This document shows positions 18,892 to 27,866 of a DNA stretch of 64,000 nucleotides, piece after piece; positions within the stretch are counted from its first letter, which is position 1, and each line of letters begins with the position of its first letter. This DNA comes from an uncultured Gammaproteobacteria bacterium. GTDB lineage: Bacteria; Patescibacteriota; Patescibacteriia; Magasanikbacterales; GWA2-37-8. The position numbers were made by a program, and so were the translations under genes. The notes under the pieces are model-generated. The model had not been told where the DNA came from. It saw nothing but the letters and a program-made list of their open reading frames with translations, and ran no database searches. Location of the stretch: positions 368,523 through 432,522 of the forward strand of contig CAYHBZ010000001.1 of NCBI GenBank assembly GCA_964355175.1. The letters are read 5' to 3'.

Positions 18892-20520
18892 TTATCTGGT
18901 AATACTAATTGCTTCAGCGTTTTCCGCACTACAAGCCTGAACATTTATTCTACCACCGGCTGTTTTTTGAATGGCGTAATATGTCTGGCTGTTACTGCCA
19001 GTTTTAGGATCAAACGGTAGAGAGGTGATATAAGTCGGAGCTAGCGCGGACGAAAGATCCAAACAAGCGGCGGCAGTGGTGGATGATGGAGAAGATCCGC
19101 CGCTTGAACCACTAGTACTCCCACTAATTATAGCACTTTTTAGCTCAGGAGTTAAGGCGGAATCGACGGTGTCTAGAAATGCTTTGTATTGGAAATATCG
19201 ATTATTAGAAATATTGGCGAGGGATACTGATGGAGTCGAATTGGAAGTATTGGAAGCTTCAGAATAATAGGTGTTGGCAGTGCCATCAGGACCAAAAAAT
19301 GTACCGTCAGAACAGTTGGCTTGAGCGCAGGATCTTGCTTGATATTTCAAACTAAGGGCGCCGCGTTTATACATATCACTAACTTCTGTGACAGAAAGAG
19401 CGCGAGAAAATACTGCTACCTCATCAATTAAACCTTGAAAAAAACGATTACTACTGTAGGTCGATCCAATTCTAGGATTGTGTAAAATTATATTATAATT
19501 ATTCGAAGTGGTTTCAGATTCTTTGACACCGTTTACATACACTGTAGCTTTACTGGTAGCATTATTTAAAGTATAAACTAAATGATACCACTGATTGAGA
19601 CTAACAGCCGTAGTAGAAAATACAAACGCACCGTTATTTAAAGCACACTGGACCAAATTGCTAGTATTATTTAATTGACAATGTAAATCACCGCCTGCCC
19701 AACCTTGGCTACCAAACAAACCGCGCATTTCACCTGATACTCCAGTGGATTTAAACCACATGGCAACAGAAAAATTAGTAAAATTACTATTATTTAAAGG
19801 AATTCCAATAAAATCTCCCGACCCGTCAAAACTTCCGCCGGTTCCAAACTTTGCACTGGCCGCCATAGCAGGACAACCATTGCCGCTACAGGTACCATTA
19901 TTATTGTTTCCGGAATTGTCGACAAAACTAGTCGCACCGCTGCTTTCGTCCAAATGCATCAATAAGACATTGCCATTCATACTCACATTCCCCGTTGGAT
20001 AGCCGGTCTCTGCAGCACCGCTGTTTGACAAGGCTTTACCTGTCGGCCTATTTGGCACCCAGGCAAGCGTGGACCAAGCGGCGCTGGCAGCAGCATCTTT
20101 AATGTCTGAGGTATAGGAACCACCAGTCTGTCCAACCGAAAGATTTAATAAAGAATTATTTGTGTTGTAAGTAGTATTACTATATGTACCGGCGAAAGTT
20201 GATTGACTATTATCAGTCATGGATACAGGACCGCCACTGCTGGTAGCACTACTGCCACCACAAACAACATCACATCCGGAATTGGCAGTGCCCAGCATTC
20301 TGAGATTGGTGTCGATGTTATTCGGAAACAAACCATCATTATCGAGAGAGTACTGATAAATAGCATTCAATATAGTACTGAGATCGCTTTTTCTGGCGGC
20401 GTTTCTCACTTGTGCCAATTGTTTTCCAGGATTAATGGCAACAATAACTATGCCGGCTAATATCGCAATAGCGGCTACGACTAACAGAATTTCTAATAAT
20501 GTAAAAGCTTTTTTATTCAC
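18892..20520 (-). CDS. type IV pilin with inserted stalk + LamG-like domain (copy A)
   Basis: Class III signal KA|FTLLE. LamG-like HLDE...WYHLV...YVNG...FQGLIDEVAVFSRALS. Pilin C-terminal half (PFDP...GRINVQ...ISITR). Confidence 0.88.
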   Translation of the reverse strand: MNKKAFTLLEILLVVAAIAILAGIVIVAINPGKQLAQVRNAARKSDLSTILNAIYQYSLDNDGLFPNNIDTNLRMLGTANSGCDVVCGGSSATSSGGPVSMTDNSQSTFAGTYSNTTYNTNNSLLNLSVGQTGGSYTSDIKDAAASAAWSTLAWVPNRPTGKALSNSGAAETGYPTGNVSMNGNVLLMHLDESSGATSFVDNSGNNNNGTCSGNGCPAMAASAKFGTGGSFDGSGDFIGIPLNNSNFTNFSVAMWFKSTGVSGEMRGLFGSQGWAGGDLHCQLNNTSNLVQCALNNGAFVFSTTAVSLNQWYHLVYTLNNATSKATVYVNGVKESETTSNNYNIILHNPRIGSTYSSNRFFQGLIDEVAVFSRALSVTEVSDMYKRGALSLKYQARSCAQANCSDGTFFGPDGTANTYYSEASNTSNSTPSVSLANISNNRYFQYKAFLDTVDSALTPELKSAIISGSTSGSSGGSSPSSTTAAACLDLSSALAPTYITSLPFDPKTGSNSQTYYAIQKTAGGRINVQACSAENAEAISITR

Positions 20521-20528
20521 ACAAAAAA

Positions 20529-22172
20529 TTATTTTGTTACAGTTATTGCTTCTCCGTTTTCAGGAGAACACGACTGCACATTAATACGACCGGCGGCGGT
20601 TTTTTTCACAGCGTAATAAGTTTTGGCACTATCGCCCACCTTTGGATCAAACGGAATAGAAGTGATATAGGTTGGCGCCAGCGCGGAAGAAATATCCAAA
20701 CAAGCGGCCGCTGTAGACGACGAAGCACCCACACTGCCTTGCACCACAGTCTGCGTACCGGCCAGATCCACACTCTTTAATTCCGGCGTCATTGATGTAG
20801 CAGGAGAATCAAAAAAAGTTTTATACTGAAAATATTGATTACTACCAATATTACTAAGTGATAAGGACGGAGTGGAAATAGATGTATTACTACTTTCTGA
20901 ATAATAAGTATTGACTGTATTGTCCGGACCAATAAATGTACCGTCTGAACAATTGGCTTGAGCGCAGCTTCGGACTTGGTATTTCAATGATAGGGCGCCG
21001 CGTTTGTACATATCAGTTACTTCTGTAGCTGACATAGAACGATTAAAAATAATTGCCTCATCCACCAAGCCATTATATTGGCCAAATCCCAACTGAATTG
21101 GGGTAGTGTTATTCCTAATACTAGTAAAGGCAAAATTCTTTGTAGACAACAAAACTCCGTTTAAATAAATTTTTCCTACACCATTATCAAAAGTAAAAAT
21201 TATATGTTGCCAGGCATTATCACCTATCCAAGTACCGTCCTGATATTCATAAGTAGTGCCAGCTGGATTAACTAAAAATACTCGCCAATAAACATTGCCG
21301 CTAATAGAGAAAGATCCATTACTAGGATTAAAACCAGCACCTTTTCCAATAATATGTCCGTAGCTTGGCCAACTGCTGGTAGCCACACTATTAAACCAAG
21401 CACCGAATGTAAGTTGATTAGAAAAAGTTAAGCTGGTACTATTTGGAACTGTTATTGGATTAGTACCGGCTTTAAAATTAGCGGCATTACCGAACTTACC
21501 AGATATCATGCTTGGACAGTTTGGATTAACACAATTTCCATTATTATTTTTACCTGAAGTATCTAAAAAAGCGGTGGCACCACTGCTTTCATCTAAATGC
21601 AATAATAATAAATTACCGCTCATATTGGCATTACCGGTGGGATAACCAGTTTCGGCAGCACTATTATTTGGCAAGGACTTTCCTGTAGGACGATTTGGCA
21701 CCCACGCCAAGGTCGTCCAACTAGTGACACCGGCTGAATCTTTTATGTTTGAAGTATATGTACCGGAAGTCTTATTAACCGAAAGGCTCAGCAAACTTGT
21801 ACCATTATTATAATTAGTGTTGGAAAATGTTCCGGAAAAAGTGGATTGGCTATTGTCGGTAATAGCGACTGGCACGGTTTGAGAAGTAGAACTACCGGCT
21901 ACTGGACCACAACTCACTCCACATCCTGATCCACTGGTACCAAGCATTCTCAAATTGGTATCGATAGATCCAGGAAAGGCCCCACTATTATCGAGCGAAT
22001 ACTGATAGATGGAATTTAAAATAGCACTAGCGTCTGATTGCCTAGCGGCATTCCTAGAGGCCGCTAATTGCTTACCTGGATTTATGGCAACAATCACAAT
22101 ACCAGCCAACACCGCAATTGCGGCCACGACTAAAAGAATTTCTAATAATGTAAACCCAGAATTTTTTTTCAT
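20529..22172 (-). CDS. type IV pilin with inserted stalk + LamG-like domain (copy B)
   Basis: SG|FTLLE; WQHIIFTFD...IYLNG...GLVDE; same flanks as copy A. Confidence 0.88.
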   Translation of the reverse strand: MKKNSGFTLLEILLVVAAIAVLAGIVIVAINPGKQLAASRNAARQSDASAILNSIYQYSLDNSGAFPGSIDTNLRMLGTSGSGCGVSCGPVAGSSTSQTVPVAITDNSQSTFSGTFSNTNYNNGTSLLSLSVNKTSGTYTSNIKDSAGVTSWTTLAWVPNRPTGKSLPNNSAAETGYPTGNANMSGNLLLLHLDESSGATAFLDTSGKNNNGNCVNPNCPSMISGKFGNAANFKAGTNPITVPNSTSLTFSNQLTFGAWFNSVATSSWPSYGHIIGKGAGFNPSNGSFSISGNVYWRVFLVNPAGTTYEYQDGTWIGDNAWQHIIFTFDNGVGKIYLNGVLLSTKNFAFTSIRNNTTPIQLGFGQYNGLVDEAIIFNRSMSATEVTDMYKRGALSLKYQVRSCAQANCSDGTFIGPDNTVNTYYSESSNTSISTPSLSLSNIGSNQYFQYKTFFDSPATSMTPELKSVDLAGTQTVVQGSVGASSSTAAACLDISSALAPTYITSIPFDPKVGDSAKTYYAVKKTAAGRINVQSCSPENGEAITVTK

Positions 22173-22175
22173 CTT

Positions 22176-23810
22176 CTATTTTGTTAGACTAATGGCCTCG
22201 CCATTCTCCACTGAACAAGCTTGAACATTTATTCTACCGCCAGCTGTTTTTTTTGCAGCATAATATGTTTGGCTGTTGCTACCGGTTTTGGGATCAAATG
22301 GCAGGGATGTAATATAGGTTGGTGCAAGAGCTGACGAAAGATCTAAACAAGCGGCTGCGGTGGTGGATGAAGATCCTCCGCCAGAACCACTAGTACTCCC
22401 ACTAATTACAGCACTTTTTAGCTCAGGAGTTAAGGCAGAATCAGTGGTGTCTAGAAATGCTTTGTATTGGAAATATCGATTGTTGGAAATATTGGTGAGA
22501 GATAGTGATGGAGTGGCGTTGGAAGTGTTGGAAGCTTCGGAATAATAGGTGTTGGTAGTGCCATCAGGACCAAAAAATGTACCGTCAGAACAGTTGGCTT
22601 GAGCGCAGGATCTAGTTTGAAATTTTAGACTTAGAACACCGCGTTTGTAAATGTCTGAGATTTCTGTGGCGGATAGGGATCGGTTGAAGACAGACGCTTC
22701 ATCGATGGTGCCGGTAAAATTATATGCCAAAACACCTGATTCCCCACCACTAAAATCCGTTCCGATATGGGCTACCGCGTTATTAATTCTAGGTTGACCG
22801 GTCTGAGAAGAACTGCCATCCAACACCCCGTTAATATAATATTTTACTGTTGCGCCATCCCAGGTAGCACTAATTAAAGACCATTGATTTAAATTTACTG
22901 CTCCGGTTCCAATATTGGCCGCTCCACCTACCCACAGTTGTATTCTACCGGTATTATTATACAACCCAAACCAATAGGCGGTGGCATGAGCTTTGGCTAT
23001 TACTGTATGATAGGTATGATCAGAAAAAGATGTTGGATAAATCCAAGCACTCCATGTGCCTTGACCCACATCCAAACTATTACTGTCAGCAACATTTAAA
23101 TAGGTGTTATTAAAATTACCAGCTGTACCAAATTTTCCAATTTGACCCATCGTAGGACAGGCGTTACCACTACAAGTCGCATTATTACCACTCCCCGAAC
23201 TATCGGAAAATGTAGTTGCTCCAAGAGCTTCGTTCAAATGTAGAAGTAAAACATTGCCGTTCATATTGATATTGCCGGCTGGATAACCACTTTCAGTAGC
23301 GCTATTATTTGGCAAGGCTTTGTTGGTAGGACGATTTGGGGTCCAAGCAAGAGAAGACCAAGTCGCGCTAGCAGTAGTGTCTTTAATGTCTGAGGTATAG
23401 GTGCCTGAGGTTTGGGACGAAGAAAGGTTTATTAAACTAGTATTGGTGTTGTAAATGGTGTTGGCATATATACCAGCAAAGGTTGATTGGCTATTGTCGG
23501 TGATGGTGAGAGTGTTACCACTCGAGGAACTACTGCTTGCCCCACCGCAGGATACATTACAACCGGAGGCGGCGGTGCCAATCATTTTTAGATTAGTATC
23601 TATATTATTTGGAAATTGTCCATTGTTATCCAAAGAATATTGATAAATTGAATTTAAAATTGCACTAACATCTGATCTTCTAGCAGTGTTCCTGGTAGCC
23701 GCCAGCTGTCTGGCCGGATTTATTGCCACAATCACAATACCGGCCAACACCGCGATCGCGGCCACGACCAAAAGAATTTCTAATAATGTAAAAGCTTTTG
23801 CTTTTTTCAT
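22176..23810 (-). CDS. type IV pilin with inserted stalk + LamG-like domain (copy C)
   Basis: KA|FTLLE; TWSAWIYP...YYING...FTGTIDE; same flanks. Confidence 0.88.
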   Translation of the reverse strand: MKKAKAFTLLEILLVVAAIAVLAGIVIVAINPARQLAATRNTARRSDVSAILNSIYQYSLDNNGQFPNNIDTNLKMIGTAASGCNVSCGGASSSSSSGNTLTITDNSQSTFAGIYANTIYNTNTSLINLSSSQTSGTYTSDIKDTTASATWSSLAWTPNRPTNKALPNNSATESGYPAGNINMNGNVLLLHLNEALGATTFSDSSGSGNNATCSGNACPTMGQIGKFGTAGNFNNTYLNVADSNSLDVGQGTWSAWIYPTSFSDHTYHTVIAKAHATAYWFGLYNNTGRIQLWVGGAANIGTGAVNLNQWSLISATWDGATVKYYINGVLDGSSSQTGQPRINNAVAHIGTDFSGGESGVLAYNFTGTIDEASVFNRSLSATEISDIYKRGVLSLKFQTRSCAQANCSDGTFFGPDGTTNTYYSEASNTSNATPSLSLTNISNNRYFQYKAFLDTTDSALTPELKSAVISGSTSGSGGGSSSTTAAACLDLSSALAPTYITSLPFDPKTGSNSQTYYAAKKTAGGRINVQACSVENGEAISLTK

Positions 23811-23821
23811 TATTTTTTTTA

Positions 23822-24268
23822 TTATCTAGTAACACTGATAGATGCGCTATTTTCGGCAGATGGAGCGCTGACAGTAATGCGTCCATTGGCAGTCTGTAAA
23901 ATTTTATAACCGGTACCATTGGTACTGGCGGCGGTTGGATCGGTTGGAATAGCCGTCAAATAAACTTCGTTTAAAGTAAGTGCGGACAAATCCACTAGGC
24001 CAGCACAACTACCACCGGTCTTACAAACTTCTACCGCGTTCTGAGTAATACCAGATGGCAATGCGCCTTTATTATCAATTGAATATTGATAAACAGCGTT
24101 TAAAATCGTGTTCACATTTACTCTTCTTTGCGCGTTACGAGTATCGGCCAATTGTTTGCCTGGATTGATAGCAATAATTACGATACCGGCCAAAATGGCG
24201 ATAGCGGCCACCACCAATAAAATTTCTAAAAGGGTAAAACCCTTTTTATTTAAATTTTCCATATTCAT
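23822..24268 (-). CDS. type IV pilin, probable major pilin (no insert)
   Basis: KG|FTLLEILLVVAAIAILAG; 148 aa; collinear with the N- and C-terminal flanks of the four large pilins. Confidence 0.9.
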   Translation of the reverse strand: MNMENLNKKGFTLLEILLVVAAIAILAGIVIIAINPGKQLADTRNAQRRVNVNTILNAVYQYSIDNKGALPSGITQNAVEVCKTGGSCAGLVDLSALTLNEVYLTAIPTDPTAASTNGTGYKILQTANGRITVSAPSAENSASISVTR

Positions 24269-24310
24269 ATTATGAATAATTAATAAATTAATTTTTTAAA
24301 TTAGATATAT

Positions 24311-25987
24311 TTATCTTGTCACACTTATAACTTCAGAATTTTCCGCGCTACAGGCCTGAACATTTATTCTGCCACCAGCGGTCTTTTGAATGGCATAATA
24401 TGTCTGGCTGTTACTACCAGTTTTGGGATCAAATGGTAATGAAGTGATATAAGTTGGAGTCAATGCCGAAGAAAGATTCAAACAAGCGGCAGCGGTGGTG
24501 GACGAAGAAGATCCTCCACTAGAACCACTGGTACTCCCGCTAATTATAACACTTTTTAACTCCGGAGTTAAGGCGGAATCGACGGTATCTAGAAATCCTT
24601 TATATTGGAAATATCGATTATTGGAAATATTAGCGAGAGACAGTGACGGAATAGTATTGGAGGTGTTGGAAGCTTCGGAATAATAGGTATTGGCAGTGCC
24701 GTCGGGGCCGGCGAATGTACCGTCGGAGCAGTTGGCTTGGACACAACTGCGGACTTGGTATTTTAGACTAAGGGCGCCGCGTTTGTAATGGTCGGCAACT
24801 TCGGTTGCAGAAAGGGCGCGGTTATAAAGAGCAAATTCATCCAATGTACCACTAAAAAAATAATTTGTTCCGGCTCCGCGGTCGCCAAAATAAATTGGCT
24901 GATTACCAAAATTATTGGTATTATTGGCATTCAGACCACTGTTTGTGCCGGTAGTTTTTGATCCATTTATATAGGTAGAGACTTCGTTGGTTGGCAAACT
25001 TTTATCAAACACTACCACCACATGATACCAAACATTGGTCTGTAAAATATTATCAGCCACCCAAACAGAATAATACACATTGCCTCGTACGCCGGCTCCA
25101 ATTTTACCGTTAGGATTGATCGATACAACGTAACCATCGGAAACATTATTATAATTTGTAGAAGCTTCAAAAATTTGTTCACCGACAGCTGGTGTCAAGG
25201 AAGCAGGTTTAAACCAAAAAGATACCGATATTTTGTTGGTAGCCGAGACATCTACCGGACCAGTCTTGGCATAGTCATCTACCCCATCAAACTTTACACC
25301 TGTGCCAAAAATTCCACTTGATTGATAAGTTAATCCATTAAAAGTAGCGGCATTATTACCACTGCCAGATAAATCTTGCCAAGCTCCGCTCGCTTCATCC
25401 AGGTGATACAAAAGTACATCCCCACTCATGTTAGCATTCCCACTTGGATAACCGGTTTCAGTGGCACCAGAGTTTGGCAATGGTTTATTGGTAGGACGAT
25501 TTGGTATCCAAGCCAATGTAGACCAAGTGGCACTGGCGGTGGCGTCTTTAATGTCTGAAGTATACGTACCAGGGGTTTGGTTGGCAGAGAGATTTAAGAG
25601 ATTATTATTTGTATTGTAAGTGGTGTTGCTGTAAGTACCGGCAAAAGTGGATTGACTATTATCGGTAATGGATACAGGACCACCACTGCTGGTGGCACTA
25701 CTGGCACCACAAGAAACATTACAACCGGAATTTGATGTACCGAGCATCCTTAGGTTAGTATCGATGGTGTTTGGGACCAACCCAGTATTATCTATCGCGT
25801 ATTGATAAATTGCGTTTAAAATTGCGCTCACATCACTACGACGAGCAGCATTTCTTGTTTGGGCTAATTGTTTGGCCGGATTTATTGCAACCACAACTAT
25901 ACCGGCTAAAATGGCAATAGCGGCCACTACCAGAAGAATTTCTAGCAAAGTGAAACCAGTTTTAATTTTATAACATTTATGCTCCAT
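24311..25987 (-). CDS. type IV pilin with inserted stalk + LamG-like domain (copy D)
   Basis: TG|FTLLE; FDGVDDY...VSFWFKP...WYHVV...FSGTLDE. The ATG at 25987 is preferred over 25996. Confidence 0.88.
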   Translation of the reverse strand: MEHKCYKIKTGFTLLEILLVVAAIAILAGIVVVAINPAKQLAQTRNAARRSDVSAILNAIYQYAIDNTGLVPNTIDTNLRMLGTSNSGCNVSCGASSATSSGGPVSITDNSQSTFAGTYSNTTYNTNNNLLNLSANQTPGTYTSDIKDATASATWSTLAWIPNRPTNKPLPNSGATETGYPSGNANMSGDVLLYHLDEASGAWQDLSGSGNNAATFNGLTYQSSGIFGTGVKFDGVDDYAKTGPVDVSATNKISVSFWFKPASLTPAVGEQIFEASTNYNNVSDGYVVSINPNGKIGAGVRGNVYYSVWVADNILQTNVWYHVVVVFDKSLPTNEVSTYINGSKTTGTNSGLNANNTNNFGNQPIYFGDRGAGTNYFFSGTLDEFALYNRALSATEVADHYKRGALSLKYQVRSCVQANCSDGTFAGPDGTANTYYSEASNTSNTIPSLSLANISNNRYFQYKGFLDTVDSALTPELKSVIISGSTSGSSGGSSSSTTAAACLNLSSALTPTYITSLPFDPKTGSNSQTYYAIQKTAGGRINVQACSAENSEVISVTR

Positions 25988-26025
25988 AATTACCAAATAT
26001 TATAACACACTTTTGGACCATAAAA

Positions 26026-26442
26026 TTAAAAATTTGAAACTTCCTGCCAAGAATCCACTACTATGACCGGCGCAATCTGACTCACAGATACTTTTACCTT
26101 ACGAACTACCGATCCAATAGTAGCGCTAGATTGGATCACGCGACTTTGTTCTGAATTTATTATAATTTCATAACTACAGGTATCGCCGTCAATCTGTACA
26201 CTCCCTGCTCCGTTAATTATGGAGCAAAGTTGAACATGGTTGAGCGCCGATTCTGCGCAAGCATTAGCCAAAGTTTTGGCACGCGCGGACTGCTCAAGCA
26301 AAAAACTATTTTGATAGGAATATAGACCGGACAAAATCAAATACAAGGCCACGGCCACACCAAAAGCACCGACGATTAATACGCCGATAAGTACCGCGAA
26401 TCCGGAATTATTTTTTGTACTAGCGGATATTGGCAGTCGCAT
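26026..26442 (-). CDS. PilX/GspK-like minor pilin
   Basis: SG|FAVLI without Glu5, A..LANACAESAL and a C-terminal SWQE; last of four minor pilins. Confidence 0.75.
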   Translation of the reverse strand: MRLPISASTKNNSGFAVLIGVLIVGAFGVAVALYLILSGLYSYQNSFLLEQSARAKTLANACAESALNHVQLCSIINGAGSVQIDGDTCSYEIIINSEQSRVIQSSATIGSVVRKVKVSVSQIAPVIVVDSWQEVSNF

Positions 26443-26920
26443 AAAAAGTTTGGGTATAGCTATATTGATTTAGCCCAGATGAATTTTTATAATTTAGATC
26501 AAATTGAATTTTAATGGAATCGTGAGAGGCAGCTCCTAAATTTTTTACCTGCCAGTTGGAAATTTGAATCTTGGAGGGATTTAAAAAATAATCTTTACTA
26601 TTTTTATTCAAAAATAAAGTGGTGCTGACTACGCTGAGCTGTTCAGACTGGCCATTGATATCCTGAAACTGCAATACGACGGCGGTATTGCCTACGGCCG
26701 GAGCCGTAATAATTTTCGCGTTATTAATCTCTTGGGTAATAATCTGAATAATCTGGGCACCTTGTTGCTCTACCATACTCATACTCTGATTTTTTACGCG
26801 TGATTGAATAAGCAGAGCCACCAAAGCCACAATGGACAACAAAATAACACTGGCTACAAAAACATACAGTAGTAACTCCAGCAATGTAAATCCTTGATTG
26901 TCATTTTGAATGCTCTGCAT
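26420..26920 (-). CDS. PilW/GspJ-like minor pilin
   Basis: MQSIQNDNQG|FTLLELL. The start was moved to ATG 26920 to give a short prepilin leader. Confidence 0.8.
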   Translation of the reverse strand: MQSIQNDNQGFTLLELLLYVFVASVILLSIVALVALLIQSRVKNQSMSMVEQQGAQIIQIITQEINNAKIITAPAVGNTAVVLQFQDINGQSEQLSVVSTTLFLNKNSKDYFLNPSKIQISNWQVKNLGAASHDSIKIQFDLNYKNSSGLNQYSYTQTFYATANIR

Positions 26921-26927
26921 AAATATT

Positions 26928-27386
26928 TTATGGACAAAACTCCGTGCTGGTACCGGTACTGGTAGCAGTACGCCAATCAGTAAATAAAGTGGAAAAAGAT
27001 ACATTAATAGTATTGGAACCGGTTTGCTTCCATTCTACTTGAGATGTTACTTTTTTTATTTGAGAATTCACATCGGCAATACTAATAGTGCGCTTAAAAA
27101 TATCCGTGACATCCGGCTGAGCCGCCAGTGTCCACTGACCACTACTTGCCAGACCAAAATTCCCTGGTGTTAAATTCGCAAAATTATGATCACGAATACT
27201 GCGCGCCGCTTCGAGCCCTTCCTGAGCCAGCGAAATAGCATGGTTTCTTTGTCCGGCACGGATGGTACTTTGCTGACCATAAGTCAAAATACCCAAAAAA
27301 ATCAAAGACAACAACGCTAGAAGTCCGCTGGCCAGGACTATTTCCACCAGAGAAAAACCTTGATAATTTTTTATATTTTTTATCAT
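26928..27386 (-). CDS. PilV/GspI-like minor pilin
   Basis: QG|FSLVEIV...A..LAQEGLEAARSIRD. Confidence 0.82.
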   Translation of the reverse strand: MIKNIKNYQGFSLVEIVLASGLLALLSLIFLGILTYGQQSTIRAGQRNHAISLAQEGLEAARSIRDHNFANLTPGNFGLASSGQWTLAAQPDVTDIFKRTISIADVNSQIKKVTSQVEWKQTGSNTINVSFSTLFTDWRTATSTGTSTEFCP

Positions 27387-27865
27387 AGGCCAATAATACC
27401 AAGTTCGCTAACAGAAACATTCTTTTTACGACCATCCTGGTGAGTTATAATTATAGTACCAGACGAGGTAGTCCATCCGAAAAATTTACTAAACACGACT
27501 TCATTTAAACCGGATAATTTTATAGTGGCGGTCATTTTATAATTTTCATCAAAATTTTGATCGCGTCCGGCAAAGTTATTTCCTTTAAAAAGAGTAGCCG
27601 TACTACTCACCATCTCCACTCCCCAATCAGAATCCCCATCCACGGCCTGGGCGCGAATTTGTCCGCGATGCAAAACATCCGATACGGTAGTAGCCGCAAT
27701 TGACACCTCATTCTCTGCCTGCAAAGACAGATACATAGGAGCGGCAATGCCCGCCAATAGGCTTATCAAAGCCACTGATAACAATAATTCCAAAAGTGTA
27801 AAGCCATTTTTTTGTGAAAATGGCTTTGGAGCATATATGATTTTTTTTACCAAAAAAAATTTCAT
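27383..27865 (-). CDS. FimT/GspH-like minor pilin
   Basis: NG|FTLLELLL; first of the minor pilin set. Confidence 0.8.
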   Translation of the reverse strand: MKFFLVKKIIYAPKPFSQKNGFTLLELLLSVALISLLAGIAAPMYLSLQAENEVSIAATTVSDVLHRGQIRAQAVDGDSDWGVEMVSSTATLFKGNNFAGRDQNFDENYKMTATIKLSGLNEVVFSKFFGWTTSSGTIIITHQDGRKKNVSVSELGIIGL

Positions 27866-27866
27866 A

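Noticed and set aside
18892-25987. Pilin array as a shufflon or invertible locus
   Set aside because: All copies are full-length, on the same strand and have their own prepilin signals. No site-specific recombinase or inverted crossover sites were seen.
26921-27004. N-terminal extension of the PilW-like ORF
   Set aside because: It overlaps the upstream pilin gene. The ATG at 26920 gives a normal short prepilin leader.
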